This document shows, piece by piece, positions 63,111 to 64,000 of a DNA stretch of 64,000 nt. Positions within the stretch are counted from its first letter, which is position 1. Each line of letters starts with the position of its first letter. The notes under the pieces are model-generated. The model saw only the letters and a program-made list of their open reading frames with translations, was not told where the DNA came from and made no database searches. This stretch comes from Selaginella moellendorffii (taxonomy: Eukaryota; Plantae; Lycopodiophyta). The stretch covers positions 2,716,603-2,780,602 of the forward strand of contig NW_003314262.1 in the NCBI RefSeq assembly GCF_000143415.4, in the 5' to 3' direction. The translations under genes were made by a program, and so were the position numbers.

Positions 63111-64000
63111 TTAGTCCCAGAGACTAACTCCCAAGCTTGGGGTGAAAGCCCAAAACGTGTGTTCCTCGAGGGGGGGGGGGGGGGGGGGGGCTATGGGGGG
63201 CTCTAAATGTATAGTAAGGTTAGTGGGCAGGTTGGGCATGGCCAAACAACCTGAGACATAGTCTAGCTCTCGCTTGCGTGACTGTCCTTGTTCTGCATCT
63301 GGCTTGGGTTTAAGCCTAAGCTCCACACCATGTTAGCTGATGGAGTACCCATATCCTTGCGTTAGACCACCAGTATGCCAAAATAGCGCTAAACTCCGTT
63401 TGCCTCCGTTTTGCATGCTGGTCTTGGCATTGGGATGTTGGATGCTCTAGGACTGCTCCAAGTCACTTTGTGCTCCTGGCCCTTTGCTCCTTAGGCTGTA
63501 TGCTTGGAAGTTGCTCCATCATTCGGTTCGTTTGCTCCTTGGCTTCTAGCTTAGGAGTTTGGCACCGTTCCTTCGTTTAGTGGCCTAAAGCATTGAAACT
63601 CAGGTTCCACACCACTATCCTTTGGACACGTGGCATATGTCTCATGGCATGTGACACATGGTATATGGACGGTTTAGGTTCTGCTTCATGGTTATCCTAT
63701 GGTAAATCACCATAGGACAAAGGGTAAAAACCACGTACACTACACCTGGTGGTAAATCCTTTGGAAAGATATCCTCATTCTGCACCAACAACTCCAATAT
63801 CTTCTTTGGTACAAAATCAACCCCATCACCAATTCAAACTAAGTTACCAACATTCTTAGCTTCCATCACTTGAACCCAAAAGGTTTGACATCCCTTCTTA
63901 GCTGCTTTTTGAGCGGGTCTCGTAGTCAGGAACTTAGCATCCCAATCCTTTGAGAAGAGCTTTTGCAACTAGAAGGACACATCAAGATGTCCTTCTAACT

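Larger units (their letters stand above)
60649..63744 (+). mobile_element. Solo LTR, family A, carrying a nested solo LTR B
   Basis: TGTCGTGAATG...ACACTACA; TSD CCTTG/CCTGG within the chromovirus pol. Confidence 0.9.
57644..64000 (-). mobile_element. Chromovirus (Ty3/Gypsy) pol: RT, RNase H, integrase, chromodomain; degenerate and interrupted at 60649-63744
   Basis: RT FLVMPFGLCNA...YIDDVLVFS; RH HCDASGYVIGAVL...EKEMFAIV; INT VTLDFVTCLP, STAYHPQINGQTE; chromodomain EYEVESIL...EYLIKWKGY...STWEP; the frame EDIFPKDLPPG|LLPSHKVDHRIE resumes across the insertion. Confidence 0.92.

Noticed and set aside
61883-63206. Long ORFs rich in RS/RT/RD/ES/GL dipeptides, resembling SR proteins (also 47872-48762 and 55753-56405)
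   Set aside because: They are open in nearly all six frames because the stop-free hexamer and 12-mer arrays lie within LTR-B; there is no domain content.

Overview
Plant nuclear DNA. The very short introns (about 45-70 nt), tight gene packing and a PPR gene built from 31-aa S-type motifs suggest the lycophyte Selaginella (inference). The first ~26 kb is a dense gene block: ankyrin/tandem-CCCH zinc-finger protein, ataxin-2-like CID3/4, PLS-class PPR, type I MADS-box, ARIA/ABAP1, a degenerate RRM + zinc-knuckle gene, PnsB1/NDF1, TGS1, a RING E3, a CMP-sialic-acid-transporter-like protein and a GT77 glycosyltransferase. The region 26-42 kb is rearranged and pseudogenised. It holds a scrambled cytochrome P450, a head-to-head pair of paralogous helical-bundle (MLKL/MCAfunc-like) kinase genes (one with an added C2 domain, the other a pseudokinase), a ~3.8-kb duplicate of the transporter-GT77-CYP block in inverted orientation, ML-domain and MAP3K gene fragments, and a young 5S-rRNA-bearing Cassandra TRIM. 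A ~9.5-kb inversion (~31903-41450) can be reconstructed from a split Gypsy RT and a split LTR with its target-site duplication, and it also explains why the duplicate is inverted. The region 42-64 kb is a nest of Ty3/Gypsy elements, solo LTRs with TSDs, a second TRIM and LTR-internal minisatellites. Three N-gaps occur in the first 8 kb. All calls were made by eye from the sequence and ORF track; no database searches were run.
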